A DNA stretch of 64,000 nucleotides from assembly GCA_043228905.1 (NCBI GenBank), contig JBHGNT010000005.1, forward strand, positions 2,728,001 through 2,792,000. Reading direction: 5' to 3'. A program made the translations under genes and the position numbers. The DNA comes from Azolla caroliniana. Taxonomy: Eukaryota; Plantae; Polypodiophyta. The notes under the pieces were generated by a model. It made no database searches, was not told the origin of the DNA, and saw only the letters and a list, made by a program, of their open reading frames with translations. Position 1 is the first letter of the stretch. Each line of letters starts with the position of its first letter. Below, piece by piece: positions 36,794 to 50,663 of the stretch.

Positions 36794-37784
36794 GTCAAAC
36801 TATAGGTTCTGATTTCCCCCCCCCTCTTTTCTATCTTTTTTCTTTTTTAAAATTTTATTATTATTATTTGGGGGGAAGTATTGCGGTGGGTACTTGACGG
36901 CAAGTGTGCTGAAGCGGCGGCCGCAGAACAACCACTAGCCGCTGGTGAGCGGCCGAAACTCCCTCCTGCGCTAGCTGTTGTTTCTCACTCGCTTTTGTGG
37001 GGTTGCTCCTCAGTTCCTCCTCACGACCTGCCGCATGGTCCGCTCCTACCTGCAAGTCTGCTGAGGCGGCCGCCGCAGAACAGCCACTGATGAGTGGACC
37101 AACCTCCCTCTTGCGCTCTTTCTTTGTGGGGCAGCTCACTCAAGCCCTGGTTTGCTCCCACCTCTACAAATGGTTGTTTTGCTCTTCTCTCGCGTTGCGT
37201 TGTTGTTATACTTCTATGGTTAGCATTAGCTTTGTTTTGGTGGGGTTCTTCTTCTCACCGAAATAACCATCAACTTTTGTATTGCTTATGATTTTATAAT
37301 ACCAGAGTGTATCTTTTGTTTAAAAAAAAAAAACAGAATATCATGGGAAATCACTCTTATCTATTAAAACAACTAGAGATCTCCGTGTCAATTTGGCATG
37401 TTTTGGAATGCAAACCTTGTTGCAAATAGAGCATTGCGCTTCTTTGATGCTGCCACATTTGCCATATGTATCTAAAAGCATGTTGTTGAATAGGATCTAA
37501 AATAATAACTCATAATTTCATCTAATTGTCAAAAGCATCTCTCCCATTCAAAAATTCAATGGTGTACTTTATACACACATGCCCCAATGAGTGTATGTTT
37601 AAACACTAAGTGCATGGTTGAGCTTGTTATTTCAAGATGCCCCTTCAAGCTCAATTGTGTCACGATTCACGAATCATCTGTACAACAAGTTTGGTATACT
37701 TTCTTCACCCCCCTCAAGATTGGTAGATCAAATGCACATAACTAACCTATGTACCTTCCAAAATTGTCCAAATTAGACCATCCT

Positions 37785-38183
37785 TTCCTAACAAACAAGA
37801 TATTGCAAACAGCTCAAATTCCAAGGGATTTGAGTTCTTTCTTTCCGTTGGAGGTTGTCAATAAAAATACTCCAATATACTCTACAACAACCTCACTAGA
37901 TGGGGAATAATGGCTTGTGTATCCCTATTAACCACTTGCCACCAAGAACTTACAATATTTGTCTTAGCATACTTTCCTAACAAAGGAGATGTTGCAAACA
38001 CCTCAAATTCCAAGGTATTTGAGTTCTCTCTTTCTGCCAGAGATTGTCAATCAAAATACTCCAATATACTCTGCAAATTACAACCACCTCACTAAATGGG
38101 GAATAATCATTGACCCAACATATTAGTCTTGCCTATCCCTATTAACCACATGCCACAAAAAAATAACAATATTTGTCTTAGCA
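37785..38183. repeat. Degenerate tandem duplication, ~190-210 bp
   Basis: TTGCAAACA.CTCAAATTCCAAGG.ATTTGAGTTCT...AAAATACTCCAATATACTCT...CAATATTTGTCTTAGCAT twice. Confidence 0.85.
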
Positions 38184-39217
38184 TGACAGAGTACGTTCTT
38201 TCGCTATAAAAATGCAGTAACTTGTATCCATCGTTGTTGACCCTCAAACATGGCCTTAAGAAAGGCACATTGGCGAGACAAAAATTGATTAGAGAGATAT
38301 AACTTGGTTGCCCTCACCAAGTTGGTTTGGTATATGTATGACTCCAAAGCTGAGACCATAGGCATCATAATTTATTAAATTGCTCACACACACATAGATA
38401 CTCCATTTAATCTATTTCACTCCATAAGAGCTCCCTCATTGAGTTTTATACTCAACTTTTGAATTTTGAAAACACTTTTTATAAATTGACATTACAAGAA
38501 CCTTGGAAAGTGCTCTAGACAAATAATAGTTATAATAACATACAATAAAGTCACATGATCAAGTGGCATTGTGGATGTAAGTCATCGTGTATCGTAGTCA
38601 ATGACTTTTATATGACCAAGACATCAAACTTCTTGTTATTCCACCTTTGGATGGTTTTAAAAGGTCCACAAGTTACAAAAGACACATGCTGACAAGTTGA
38701 CAACTATGTAACTACAACATTTTTAAAGACGATAGTCCATAATGGTGAGAATGAAAGAATAGTGTGATGTAAACAAGAACATCTTTGTGAATTGGGAAGG
38801 ATATCACAAAGAAATGCAAGCATTTCCTAGAAAATATTAGAAAGATTGTACACAAAGTCAACACAAACATATAAAAAGTTTTAGTTAGACATTGTTTTCT
38901 CATCTATCATGTAATAGCATTATCCATGTAGATGTAAAGTTTTTCATGAAATCTTGCAAACATAATGCAAGTTTACTTTCTAATTTTCATCGTTGGAATT
39001 TCTCTAGGATCCAATTACACAAGCACTAACAAGGATGAGTCCTTAACCCGTGTAGGCCTACCATATGTAATTAAGATTAGCAAGAAGTCATACATGAATT
39101 TCCACCAAACCATTCAACGTACAATCACACCTATACCTTGATGGAATTTTTAAAGGCAATTTTTAGGAGGAAATTGTGATGGCACATTATCACAAATTAG
39201 ATTCACAAAGGCCAAAC

Positions 39218-39352
39218 CTTGTGGAGATATTGAAACAACGATGTAGACAGGTCTTCTCCAACCAAACCGTGCATCAAGAAATGTTAATGCAAGAGATATG
39301 GAGTGAAGTTGTAGCCACTCTAAAGAGCCAATATGATGGCCTCATCGGCTAG
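39218..39352 (+). mobile_element. L1 ORF2 C-terminal fragment
   Basis: EILKQRCRQVF..QEIWSEVVATLKSQYDG aligns with VIWKARCASVF..VEFWLLLVHTLRGQYES of LINE-A. Confidence 0.6.
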
Positions 39353-41189
39353 CCTTCATCCGACAATGGTCGTCCTCTCCCTTTCTTGAGTTAGTGAGCA
39401 TCCAAATAAGATGGAACTATCGCGTTTTTTATATAACACTCTCATATGTAAAATTTTATTGATGCTTTCAATTAAATCTAGACATCAAAACGATACCTAT
39501 AATCATCACAAAAGCAACATTAATGCATGGACAATACAATCACATAGATGTCTTTCAATGTCACCACTCACAATACACCCACTTGATTGGAATCTCCAAG
39601 TCTCTCCATCACTTTAAATTCGACAAAATTGTCCATTATTTAAATAAAATAATTTTCATCTTCATTGTTTGTTGGATTGGCTTAAATCGTTATTTAAGCA
39701 ATGTTTACTACTCGATTGGTGGATGCCTACAACTTGAATAAACTTTACATTTGTACACAGTGAAATGAGGCTCAATCCAGTATCTTATGCAATTCACTAT
39801 GTAGTTTATAGATAAACAAGAAAGCCAATTGTCGATATTCTCAACGAGAGATAAATCGAAGAATGCACTCTACCAAACCTAAAAGTTTGAGTCCATTTGA
39901 AGTTTGGTCTAAGATTCTCGAAAATTTTGCCTATTATGATTACATTGGATCAAGCACACTTCTAGTTTTTTCAAAATAGATTTCTTCAAAACATTTCCCT
40001 AGGCAAATGGTTAAAGATGATACCATTACCTTCATGAGGTTCAAAATGACACCATTACTTGTGACACTTCGCATGTATCATTGGAGACATCTGATATTAG
40101 TAGAGTGCATACAAATTTTGAGTTTTTCATTTTCTTTAAGAACTTTTTACCTAGTTGTATTGGTTGATGAGAATTTTAAGAAGTAATCCTAAATTTTTTT
40201 AACATTTACTTCAAACTATCACCAACAACTACACCTAGTAACTTGAACCATGAGCTTTCCTTTAATTTCCATCAAATAAATGTACATAGCAACAATGGGT
40301 TTTGTAGGTTCCTAACAATTATAACAAAGACACGTGTGTGGATGTAGAAATACTCACTTTGCACAAGTAATTTTGTGTACATTGATGACCATGTGGCACG
40401 TGTAATCTAGAATCAGATCAAAATTTATGGTTCTAGCCTTCTAGGTAAACATAGACTTGAATCTAATAAACTAGATTCAGGCCGAGTTTTCATGAAATAG
40501 TTATGAAAGACAAAAAAACAAAACATCATCCTCGTGGTAAACAGGTTAGTTATTTCATGAACTTTGCATGCTTGCTAGAAAAATGTTGGTAATTTCATAT
40601 GTTCACATAAATTATGGCATAATACTTTATGCTAATTAAATTTGATAATGGAAATTGAAAAGAAATCAACCAAATCAAGTAAATCCACTTGTTTTTTATG
40701 CATGAAATATATAAATTTGTCTAATGTTCACTTAATATGATGTATTTCCCATTAATGGAAAGACACATGGACATGCTTACAGGCAATATTGATGACAACA
40801 ACAACGGAACAATTCTTGCTGAAAATATTGAGTTCTTAACTAATTACAAAACACCCTTCTCTACATTGTTATCAAGGTAGGTCTTGTTGAAGAAATTCCA
40901 TCAAAATCGTGCGGCATGCAAGCTAAGGCTACCTATCCTACTCCCATTGATAGTCCTCTTATATAAAGTTAGTGCTCAATAAATCTTATAAGATAGGTGA
41001 CATATAAAAAAGTACCTCTCTCTCTCCCTTTCTTTTTGTAATTAGCTTACCCTAGTGGTAAGTTGTTACACAACAACTACGTCTTGGGTTTTCTCACCTC
41101 TATTATATACTTCATACATATCGTAATTCACGAAAAGCCATTGTGGAATGTAGGGGTTGACCCCATGACCTCTTGGTCTCCATTAGGCA

Positions 41190-41274
<85 letters not shown>

Positions 41275-41399
41275 ATGTATATCGTGAAATGTAATATTTT
41301 TTGTCTCATAGGTCATATTTGACCTCTAAAGACAATAATAGAATCTATCTATCTATCTATCTATCTCTTAATAGTTATTATATGCTTGAGAATCAGTGC

Positions 41400-42320
41400 A
41401 ACTAAAGTGATACTCAAGGATGGGAAACGAGATTGATATTTTTCAATGCAAGGTAGTCCAAAAGTGTTGCTTTGATGGAGTGGAGGTATGGGGCTACACT
41501 ATTTCACTAAATGCATGCACTGAAATAGGGAAAATCCCAAAAAATCTTACCAACCATAGAGGTGTTTTTTTTTCTCCAAAAACAACCATAGAGGTGTTTG
41601 CCATTGAAAGAGTATATATGTAAGTACATCATAAAGGTCAAGAGTTGCCCGATCACATAATCCCAAAACAAGCTTGGAACATAAGATGCAAGGTATGAAA
41701 AACTAATAAGCAAAATCTTCTCATATAGCTAGATGCTTGACATTATGAAATGGTTTAAAAGACATGGAGTAAAATATATATTGGATCTCTTGGGTGATGG
41801 TATGTAGTATGAAGTATGTCATTATCAAGGTAAGGTTACTAGAAGCAGAAAGGACTGAAGTGGCAAGATACTAAAATGTTAAAATTGAAAATTTACATTG
41901 CAAACATAAACCCCCATTATTGGCCCCAATACAAGTTAAAATGTCAAAACATATCTAACCGCATCTTACTACTCCCATGAGCCTTAACATTTCATAGAAC
42001 GTGCTCACATAAGCTAGACGTTGCAGTAGCATAAGGACATCGTCGCCTGGTATGAAGATATGCAATGTATGCAATGAAACCCTACTGGAGGAGGGATATC
42101 TCTTATACTCAAATCCCCAACGTATAAGGTAGTTCACGAGAGGTATGATGACTTGTCAAACGAGCATGATAATTTAAGTTTCTTGAATGCTCAATGTATA
42201 AGGTAGTTCACGAGAGGTATGATGACTTGTCAAACGAGCATGATAATTTAAGTTTCATACTCAAATCCCCAACATGAAGGATCAGCACATGTATGCGTGC
42301 ATTATTTTCACATAAGAGAG
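41400..42320 (+). mobile_element. Non-LTR retrotransposon 3' part (RTE/L2-like), degenerate
   Basis: DGVEVWG, AHKL.., KICNVCNETLLEEGY motifs; internal ~76-bp duplication at 42122-42255; followed by (CT)n(AT)n. Confidence 0.55.
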
Positions 42321-42379
42321 TTTTCACTCAACCCCCTTTGCTACAATAGACCTCTTCATGGATGTTAAAAAATCTATTC

Positions 42380-42433
<54 letters not shown>

Positions 42434-44173
42434 GATTGTTTTTTCATGGATAAACCTATCATGATATTAGGCGGCATGCCATGGTTTTATTCATTGTGAG
42501 GCCTTGTGTTAAAGGCATTTATTCCCTCCCCCTATTCACAAATTACAAACCCTAAGTGTCTTCTCTCATTTGAGAAAATTCAAATCCCCCCCATCAATAA
42601 TTTTGAATATCCCGCTCTACAAATTCGGATTTCACTGTCTCGATATTTTCAAATCTCCCATTCGCAACATCGACCAATTTAATTCTCTTTATACAATGAG
42701 AATTTGTCACTAAGAAAGCAAATGAGCATTTTAGCAATCAAGCCAACACCTCTCTAGAATAAGAATTCAACATTAATTTGATACACTAATATGGCATATG
42801 ATACATAATGAAGATATGTAAAAATAATGGTTGAACCCCAACCTTGCATTAATACTCTAATGTAGTTTAAACTTTACCACTAGAATGAACTTAGTGCAAA
42901 AGCAAACACAACTTTTCTTTAAAGAAGTTTTACTTTACAAGATAGTGGTGGCTTAGGCACCCTGCTGCCAATCCTTCCATGTATTGCGTGCATTATATTA
43001 TTTTCTATTGCATTATAAGTTATTTACAAGGTTTTCAAATTTCCTTTGAGCACATGGTTCTAAATCAAAGCATAACGCCACAATTCTAAAGGATGAGGAC
43101 ATTGTCAATTAAATACATTCCCTTGGGACATGAAGGGCATGTAACAATAGCTATTACGGAAGATTTATGAAGTCTCTAATAATAAATAGAGTGAAGGCAA
43201 CAATTAGAACACAAACCAAGTGAGTGGGATTTTGTATAAAGATATTTGTAAACATACAACTCATTCTCGAGTTTGATGTGCATTGAAGTATGAAAATCTT
43301 GGTGTGGGCAACTTTTACCGAATCAACACATCACAATTGATGAACAAAAAGGAAGCAAGCGTTCCGTATCCAATTAGAAAAATCTCACAACTCACCTCGT
43401 TGAAACTTTGGGAGAAGTTGTTGATCCTCCCTTGCAATGATGCAAAGCTCATGTGTATTTCCAATTATATTTATACCATGCGAACAATAATGGCATTGTC
43501 TATGAATGATATCATGGTTTGACCATGAACGATGTGCAAGAAGTTTGGAAAACAAATGAGTGAAAATGGCTAAAGGATCACGTTTATTTATTCTTGAAAA
43601 CGATGGTTAAATGTTCCTTCCTACATTCTAAAGCAATTTGATCTTGCAAGTTAAACCATGGAACAATGGTTGGATGAATAATTAATTTTTGCCCCCCATA
43701 TCATTTGTCATAATATGGACAAAAATAGTCAATCATGGAACGTCGGCTCACAAATCGCGGTTCCTTAGACCAATTGATGATGTCTTTTGCGAATATTTCC
43801 ATCTATTAACTCTCATTGTTTGATTAAAAGTTATCAAAATTATTGCGGCAGCTATAGATTATAGGTTTTTTGCAACATGTTGGTATGGTTTGTTTAGGGT
43901 TTGCCCACTAATCCCAAGATACTCATTACATCTTAAGCCTTCCATCCATTGTCATTATAAAATTCCATTCTTCATTATTTTGTCTTTCTACTAAAAATTT
44001 ATACAATTGCTACCCTTGAGTATGTGTTCAAGATTTGGAGCAAATAAGGTTTGAAAAGTGTAACTATGGAACAAGTGGGATGGAGTTGAAGGATACACAC
44101 AAAAACATATTTTCTAAACATAAGTTTCTTTGCATGTTTAATTGCTTTCTAACAACATCATTTTTCGAAAATG

Positions 44174-44479
44174 TAAACATAATGGAAACGGCAGAGGAGC
44201 CAAAGAGCCTATAGAAGAAAACTCGACCAAAAATCATTACCATGAAGAATTATGAAAGGAACTTTGAAAGTGTTGCACAATGGCATGCTTTGAAGGTTAA
44301 TAATGGGCATGATGAACAAAGGCTTAAACATAATGGAAAAGGTGGAGAGCCAAAGAGTCTAGGAGAAGAAAACTCAACCAAAAACCATTGCCATGAAGAA
44401 TTATGAAAGGAAATTCAAAGTGTTGCGCAATGGCATGCTTTGAAGGTTAATAGTGATGGGCATGATGGACAAAGGCTTA
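44174..44479. repeat. Tandem duplication, 2 x ~151 bp
   Basis: TAAACATAATGGAAA..GAGCCAAAGAG..CCATGAAGAATTATGAAAGGAA..CAATGGCATGCTTTGAAGGTTAATA twice. Confidence 0.9.
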
Positions 44480-46326
44480 GCTTTAAAGCAAGTTATATTT
44501 TTGACTTTACTGTATATCACCTACTTTACTTCAAACAAGTTAACTTTAGTCTCATATTCACATTGACCTAAATTATATATGACACAGGGCTTGTGTTTTC
44601 ATTAACTTTATTTCCCTGGCATTCTCTTCAATATCCATGACTCACACAAAGCAAACCACTCATAAACTTCCTATGACATGTTTAGATTGTGTCCCATGAT
44701 TCTTCAAATCCAATCTAATATATCCACACAATAGCGAACCATTTTTGTTACCTTCTAATCCACTATAAACACCGTTCAAAAAGTGTACAGCTCCTATGAG
44801 TGTAACCTACCAATGCAAGTTTTAATACTCCTAGCTAGGTTCCTATATGAGGAGACAACAAGATCAATATTGGATATTGGTTTGGTTCCAACTTAAACAC
44901 TTGAAAGGATCTTAATATGTACAATCACATTGTGATTATAAGATAGGCTAGGGTGAACATGCATAGCCACGACTACACAGGGACAACATGGGCCAACAAG
45001 AAGGTTAGGAAAAGACATGACTACTGAAGCAATCAATTCAACAACAATGGTAGGGTTCCATTCAATGGCAATATTATGATAATAGTTGCACAATCTCTAC
45101 AGAAAACATAGCATTGTAGCTGATGTGCCTTTTTTAAAACTAATGGAAGGATATTTTGTTTAAAACAAAAAAAAGTACATCAACCCCTCACACCACCCTA
45201 TCCAAAATAGTCATATAACCTCAATTGCACATAAGGACAATGGGAAGGTTCATGGTATGATCCCTTAGGTAATCTAAGTGTTGAGGAGGGCTCGTACATT
45301 GATATGCCTGGCTAACCCCATCCAAACGGCAATCACATGAACTCTATTTCTCACTCACTTGAAATATATAATAGGAATACAATAATGTGTTGGAAATGAA
45401 GCATTCCCGGCATACCACAATGCAAGAACACTTAGAGATAGACATGCATTTGTAATAAAGAAATAGGCATGAGCAGCAAAAGCAAGACATTTTATCAGTG
45501 CAGCACATTGCCATGCACCATTGCTTACCAAAGACATCCTATTATTTTAAAAACCCAAAAGTAACACTAGTTACTTTTATGTCGTAGAAGCATCATCTGT
45601 TACAAGTTGCTTTTTGAGCCTCCAACGGGTACGTTATTGGTTTGTATATATGTCACATGTTTGCACAAGGGACTGATGTAGTCGCATCTTGGTCTTATCG
45701 AAGCAAGAACTGAATAAAGAGTTCCGCCATAAATTCGCTTTCCAAAGGCTCAAAAAGATGTTAACATCTCCGGCAATAAAGCCTACCAAAGAAAGAGATT
45801 GTAAAGCAAACGTTTCTCCTTAAAAGCATGCCTTTGCGAAAAAGAGTTTCTCACAACCGAAGGTTCGATGAGTATAGAATGACATCGTCTTTTTTTATGG
45901 CAATCATCAATCTGAACAAGATTCATTCCAAAAACTACGTATTTTCATCCTTGTGCAATAAATAGCTTTACAATTACCCTTTTTGGGAGATTGTCTTTCT
46001 TAGAGGCAAAATAGCCAAGCAAGTGCATTATCAACAAATTACACAATTTAAGGATGTGTACCATGCAATCAAATCTTTCATTATCAAGGTTAGAATAGAA
46101 ATCACAATCTAAGTTTTACATGATGGGGAAGAGAGTACATGTTAAAAAGCAAAAAGCAAAAGCAATAAAAAATTTGAAGTGAGTAGGGAGGGGGGGAAGG
46201 AAGTAGGCTTGTATAAGATATAAGAATATAAATTAGAGACAAAACCACCACACCAAGCCATAAAAGAGGGCATTAAGGCAAGACAAGAGGTAGTGGAGAA
46301 AAGACCATAAATAAATGATGAAGTCT

Positions 46327-47123
46327 CTACTTACTAGATGGAGAAGAGTGATCAATGGCTTCTTCAACAAAGGTAGAGGTAGTGGTAGTGGTAGTAGGAT
46401 GATGATGATGATAAGCTTGAATGGTAGGCTCATTCGGAGGGGTAGAAGAGACCATAGTTGCGGAGGAAAGCGGGGGCGGGGGATCGGGCGAAGAAGAAGA
46501 AGTAGTATAAGTCATGGAGCCACTGTCCTCGTAGTCAGGGAGGATGGGGGTGGGACGCACCTCGAGTATCATCCTCGAGACCTCGGCCATCGTGGGTCTT
46601 TGCTCTGGCACGGGCGCAACACACGCCAACGCTATTTGTAGCAGCTGGACCATCTCTTCCTCGATGCCCTCGAACTTCATGAGCTCACGGTCAAACACCT
46701 CCGATGTCCACTCCTCGCGGACCACCGACTGTACCCATTTCGGCAAGTCCATGCCTTGCTGGGCGGACGTTTGGGCGGGCGCTTGGGCAGTCAGCATCTC
46801 GAGGAGCATGACCCCGAATGCGTAGACATCAGCCTTTTGAGACATCCTCCGCGTGTGAGCCACCTCCGGGGCTCTGTATCCGATGGCCATCCGAGACGCG
46901 ATGCCCGCGGCATTTTGAGCGGCCGACCAGAAGAGGGGCGCAAGGCTGTAGTCCGAAATGCATGCCCCGTGATCCTTGTGTAGGAGCACATTGGACGGTT
47001 TCACATCTCCGTGTACACTCTTTGGCCCCTTGGAATGAATGTACTCTAGCCCCTTTGCTGCCCCTGCCGCAATCTTTAGCCTCGTGTCCCAGTCTAATGC
47101 TGGCTCACCTGTTGTCTTCCGCC
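46327..47123 (-). CDS. LRR receptor-like kinase (LRR-III; RLK902/RKL1/At5g58300-like), exon 2
   Basis: Acceptor TTTTGTAG at 47124; phase-1 join gives [31 protein letters not shown]; [46 protein letters not shown]. Confidence 0.95.
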
Positions 47124-47716
47124 CTACAAAATTTCATTTTCCATGCCATGTCATGCCTGATACAACAAAAAAAGCACAAGCAATCCTACAGAAAACAATG
47201 TGTTATTTTAAAGTTAGGGTTTAGGGTTTAGACCAATTGAGTGCAAACATTACATACAATGTGACAAATAATGGTGCCCATTGCCTGTAAATTGAATACA
47301 ATGCAGTTGTTATGAAACATCAATTGTTTGCAAATGAAATGCAGATCAAGTACATTATGAAACAATCAATCAAAAAATACAAGCTGTAAAAGGTGTGCAC
47401 CACATGGTAGCCATTGTAAAAACGATGAATTAAAGAAGAACTGTACGGACTAACATGTCACATCCCGTCCATATGGTAGTGATGAACCATATTACGCTGA
47501 GGATTAGGCATACATTCCATTTTTTCTATGGTTGAAGATTGTAAAACATGCTTCATTTGTTCTGATTCATGAAGATTTATTTGATGCAAAACATGACATT
47601 CATCCAAGACTGTGTCTCATTTGAAAAAAAGCAACAGGGTAATGCAGCATACATACTAGATAGAAAGTCGCAGAATGAGACAGAGAGAGAGAGAGAGAGA
47701 GAGAAGAGTAAGGTAC

Positions 47717-49184
47717 CATGGATGGCAAGGGAAAGGCTACCAAGAGGCATGTAGTCATGGACGAGGAGCTTCTCTTCCTTGGAGTAATAATAAGCTCTGA
47801 TGGGGACGAGGTTCCTGTGCTGGTGAGGGTGATGGTGATGGCGATGATCATGATGGGGAGATGCCGTGTTGGTGGGAGGGGCGGCCATGATCACGTCCAT
47901 GTGGTGCTCGAACTCGCGACGTCCCACAGAAGCATCCTTGAGCCTCTTCACAACTACAGTAGGGCCTTCCTCCAGCACAGCCTTGTAGGAGGTCCCGAAT
48001 GTCCCCTTCCCCAGCACCTCTGCAGATGCCCTCAGCAAATCCTCCAGATCGAACCTCACCTTCCCGCCATGGAAGAACACCAATTTGTTCTGCTCCGTCT
48101 GCTCTTGCGCGGAGCTGTAGTAGTAGCTGTTATCCTCCCCATCCTTCCCATCGCCATCGCCATCCCCATCCCCACGCTTTCCTCTCTTCTCTGACATGCC
48201 TTTCTTCTTCTTCTTCTTCTTCTCCCCCTGATCTTGATGGCGATGAGCCCATATCAAGTAACAACCTGTTGTGAGGCACAACAGTGCGGCCGCTGCCCCT
48301 CCTGATGCGATCAGAACTATGGCTAGCTTGCTCAAGTGGGCTCGTCTCTGCTTCTTCTCGTTCTGTGCTTCCGTGGTAGGGATTACAGATGGAGCAGAAG
48401 GAGAAGATGAGTTGCTGCTGCTGCTGCATTGTGCTGTTCCTTGCAATGGCGTCCCACACAAGTCCACATTCCCAACGAAAGATGAAGCAGAGAAAGCTCG
48501 GAGTGAAGCCGGGATGCTACCACTAAGCCTGTTGAAAGAAACATTGAACTGAGAGAGAGAAGGGGAAAGGGGAGGGATGGAGCCAGAGAGGGAGTTGTTC
48601 TGCAGGAAGAGGGACTTAAGACGCGCGAGGTTGGAGAAGGAAGGAGGAATGGATCCATCGAACTGGTTGAAGGAGAGATCGATGACAGTTAAGGAGGGAG
48701 TGGAGAAGGCAGGGATGTGTCCATGGAATGCATTCCTGTGAAGGGCGAGCTTCTTGAGCTTGGAGCAGCTGAGGATATCTGCAGGGATGGTTCCGGTGAG
48801 GCGATTGGACCTGAGGCTGAGGGTCTGCAGGGATGGGAGGAGGCCGAAGGATTGGGATGGGATGCTCCCCACCAGTCCCCTCCCTGGTAGAGTTACAGAC
48901 ACCACCGTCTGTCCCACATCTGCAGAGGTGGAGGTGGAGCATTGGACACCCACCCAGTTGCAGGCGCTCGTCGTGTTGGTCCAATTCAGTGATTTTGCAG
49001 ACGATGGCAATGGACTCTGCAGGTTGTGGAAGAACCTGAGCAGCGCTTCCGATTCGCTCTGCAGGTCTGCGTTGGCGACATGGAGATGTGAAGAAAGCAG
49101 CTGGAGAAGGAGGAGATGATGGATAATGAAGAAGAAGAACAACAACAAGGCATGGTGGTGGTGGTGATGGTAGAGCCTCATCAT
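47717..49184 (-). CDS. LRR receptor-like kinase, exon 1 (signal peptide, LRRNT, ~5 LRRs, TM, kinase N-lobe); total 754 aa
   Basis: CNWVGVQC cap, LxxLxLxxNxLxGxIP repeats, TM segment, KLVFF..FDLEDLLRASAEVLGKGTFGTSYKAVLE..VVVKRLK; donor G/GTACC at 47716; 593-bp intron. Confidence 0.95.
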
Positions 49185-49253
49185 GGATGGAGACTGAAGA
49201 AGAGAGACAGGGAATGGAGAAGAAAGAAAGATGGAGGAGGGGGCAGAGACAGA

Positions 49254-49255
<2 letters not shown>

Positions 49256-49298
<43 letters not shown>

Positions 49299-50663
49299 CA
49301 GCCGCTCTCTTCTTCTGTCTTTTCTTTCTTCTTCTTCTTCTTCTTCTTCTTCTTCTTCTTCACACTACATACATACATACATACATATCATACATACAGA
49401 CTTACAGTTGTTGATTGTAACTTGTAAGTATGCATCTACTACATTCAGTATGTATGTAGAGAGCAGAGAGAAAAAGAGAGAATGAGATATTACGAGGAGA
49501 AGGTGTAAGTATGTATGTATGTATGTATGTATGTATGTATGTATCAGTATGTATGTATCAGTATGTATGTATAGGCTATAGCACAGAAACAGAGGAGGAG
49601 AAGCGTCTGTCTTATATGTGTGTGTCTCCTCTGTTTTCTCTCGGCTTTGCTTTTGGGTTTTGTTTACATACATATATATATTACATGCATATAAAGAAGA
49701 AGAATTTGAAGAAGAAGAAGAAGAAGAAGAGGGAAGAAAGGCTGGCTGGCTGGCCATTGAACTTCTCTCTGCTCTCTCTCTGCTCTGCTTAATTGCAATC
49801 ATCATAAATGGATCAATGGATCCAAAAGGTAGCCCCCAGCCATCTCCACATTCATACATACATTCATACATGCATGCATGCATGCATGCATAGACATCCC
49901 ATACACATACACACACACACATTGTACATCTGTCTGCATATGCAGCACCATCACCATCATCATCATCATATCACCCATCAGTGGTAATAGTAGTGATAGT
50001 GGGAGTGGGAGTGGGAGTGGGAGTAGGTATCTATAACTATGCTCATTTCATCATAACGCATACATATGGATATAATATATATATATATACATATGTGTTA
50101 TATATTATATGTAATATTACATGTATATATACATATACCACCACCACTATGTGCCATCACGCATGATGATTCCATCATCTTGCAATCAGGAATGTATGTA
50201 TGTATGTATGTATGTATGTATGTATGTATGTATGTATGTATGTATGGTTGCATACATCTCTCTCTCCTCCTGCTGCTCATGGAAAAAACAAATTCCAAAT
50301 GCTGCCCATATCTGTCTGTCTGTGCATGCATGCATGCATGCATCAAAGAAACCCTTGGTGCTGATTTTGTTGTGGTGTATGTGTGTATGGTTATGTGTGT
50401 ATAGTGATGTATGTTATGTATGGTTATGTGTGTATTATGTATGTATGAACAACTTAAATAGATTTTGTCATGTTATAATTTATGTATTCGTTTGATTGTT
50501 CCCCCCCCCCCCCCCCCCCTCTTCCCTTTACTTGATTTCTTAACACTGTGGTGCTGTTGATGCTACCGCTACCTAGAGAGAGAGAGAAAGAAGAGAGAGA
50601 GAAGAGTGTGTGTGGCGGCGGCTGCCACTGTTGGTGTTGGTGGTGTTGTCTGTGTTTGCAACG

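Larger units (their letters stand above)
31026..37214 (-). mobile_element. L1 LINE (LINE-B), originally full-length; RT C-terminal half deleted
   Basis: 18-bp TSD TATGGTTAGCATTAGCTT (31008-31025 and 37215-37232); A-rich tail at 31026-31040; ORF1 and ORF2 remnants. Confidence 0.93.
30016..37330 (+). mobile_element. 5'-truncated L1 LINE (LINE-A copy 2), host of nested LINE-B
   Basis: 17-bp TSD AAACAGAATATCATGGG (29999-30015 and 37331-37347); poly(A) from 37322; ORF2 C-terminus ILMWVIWKARC at 30031-30411; 3' end matches 28515-28580. Confidence 0.92.

Noticed and set aside
47577-47716. C-terminal extension of the 535-aa RLK ORF
   Set aside because: It reads into the intron; the donor at 47716 joins exon 2 in frame.
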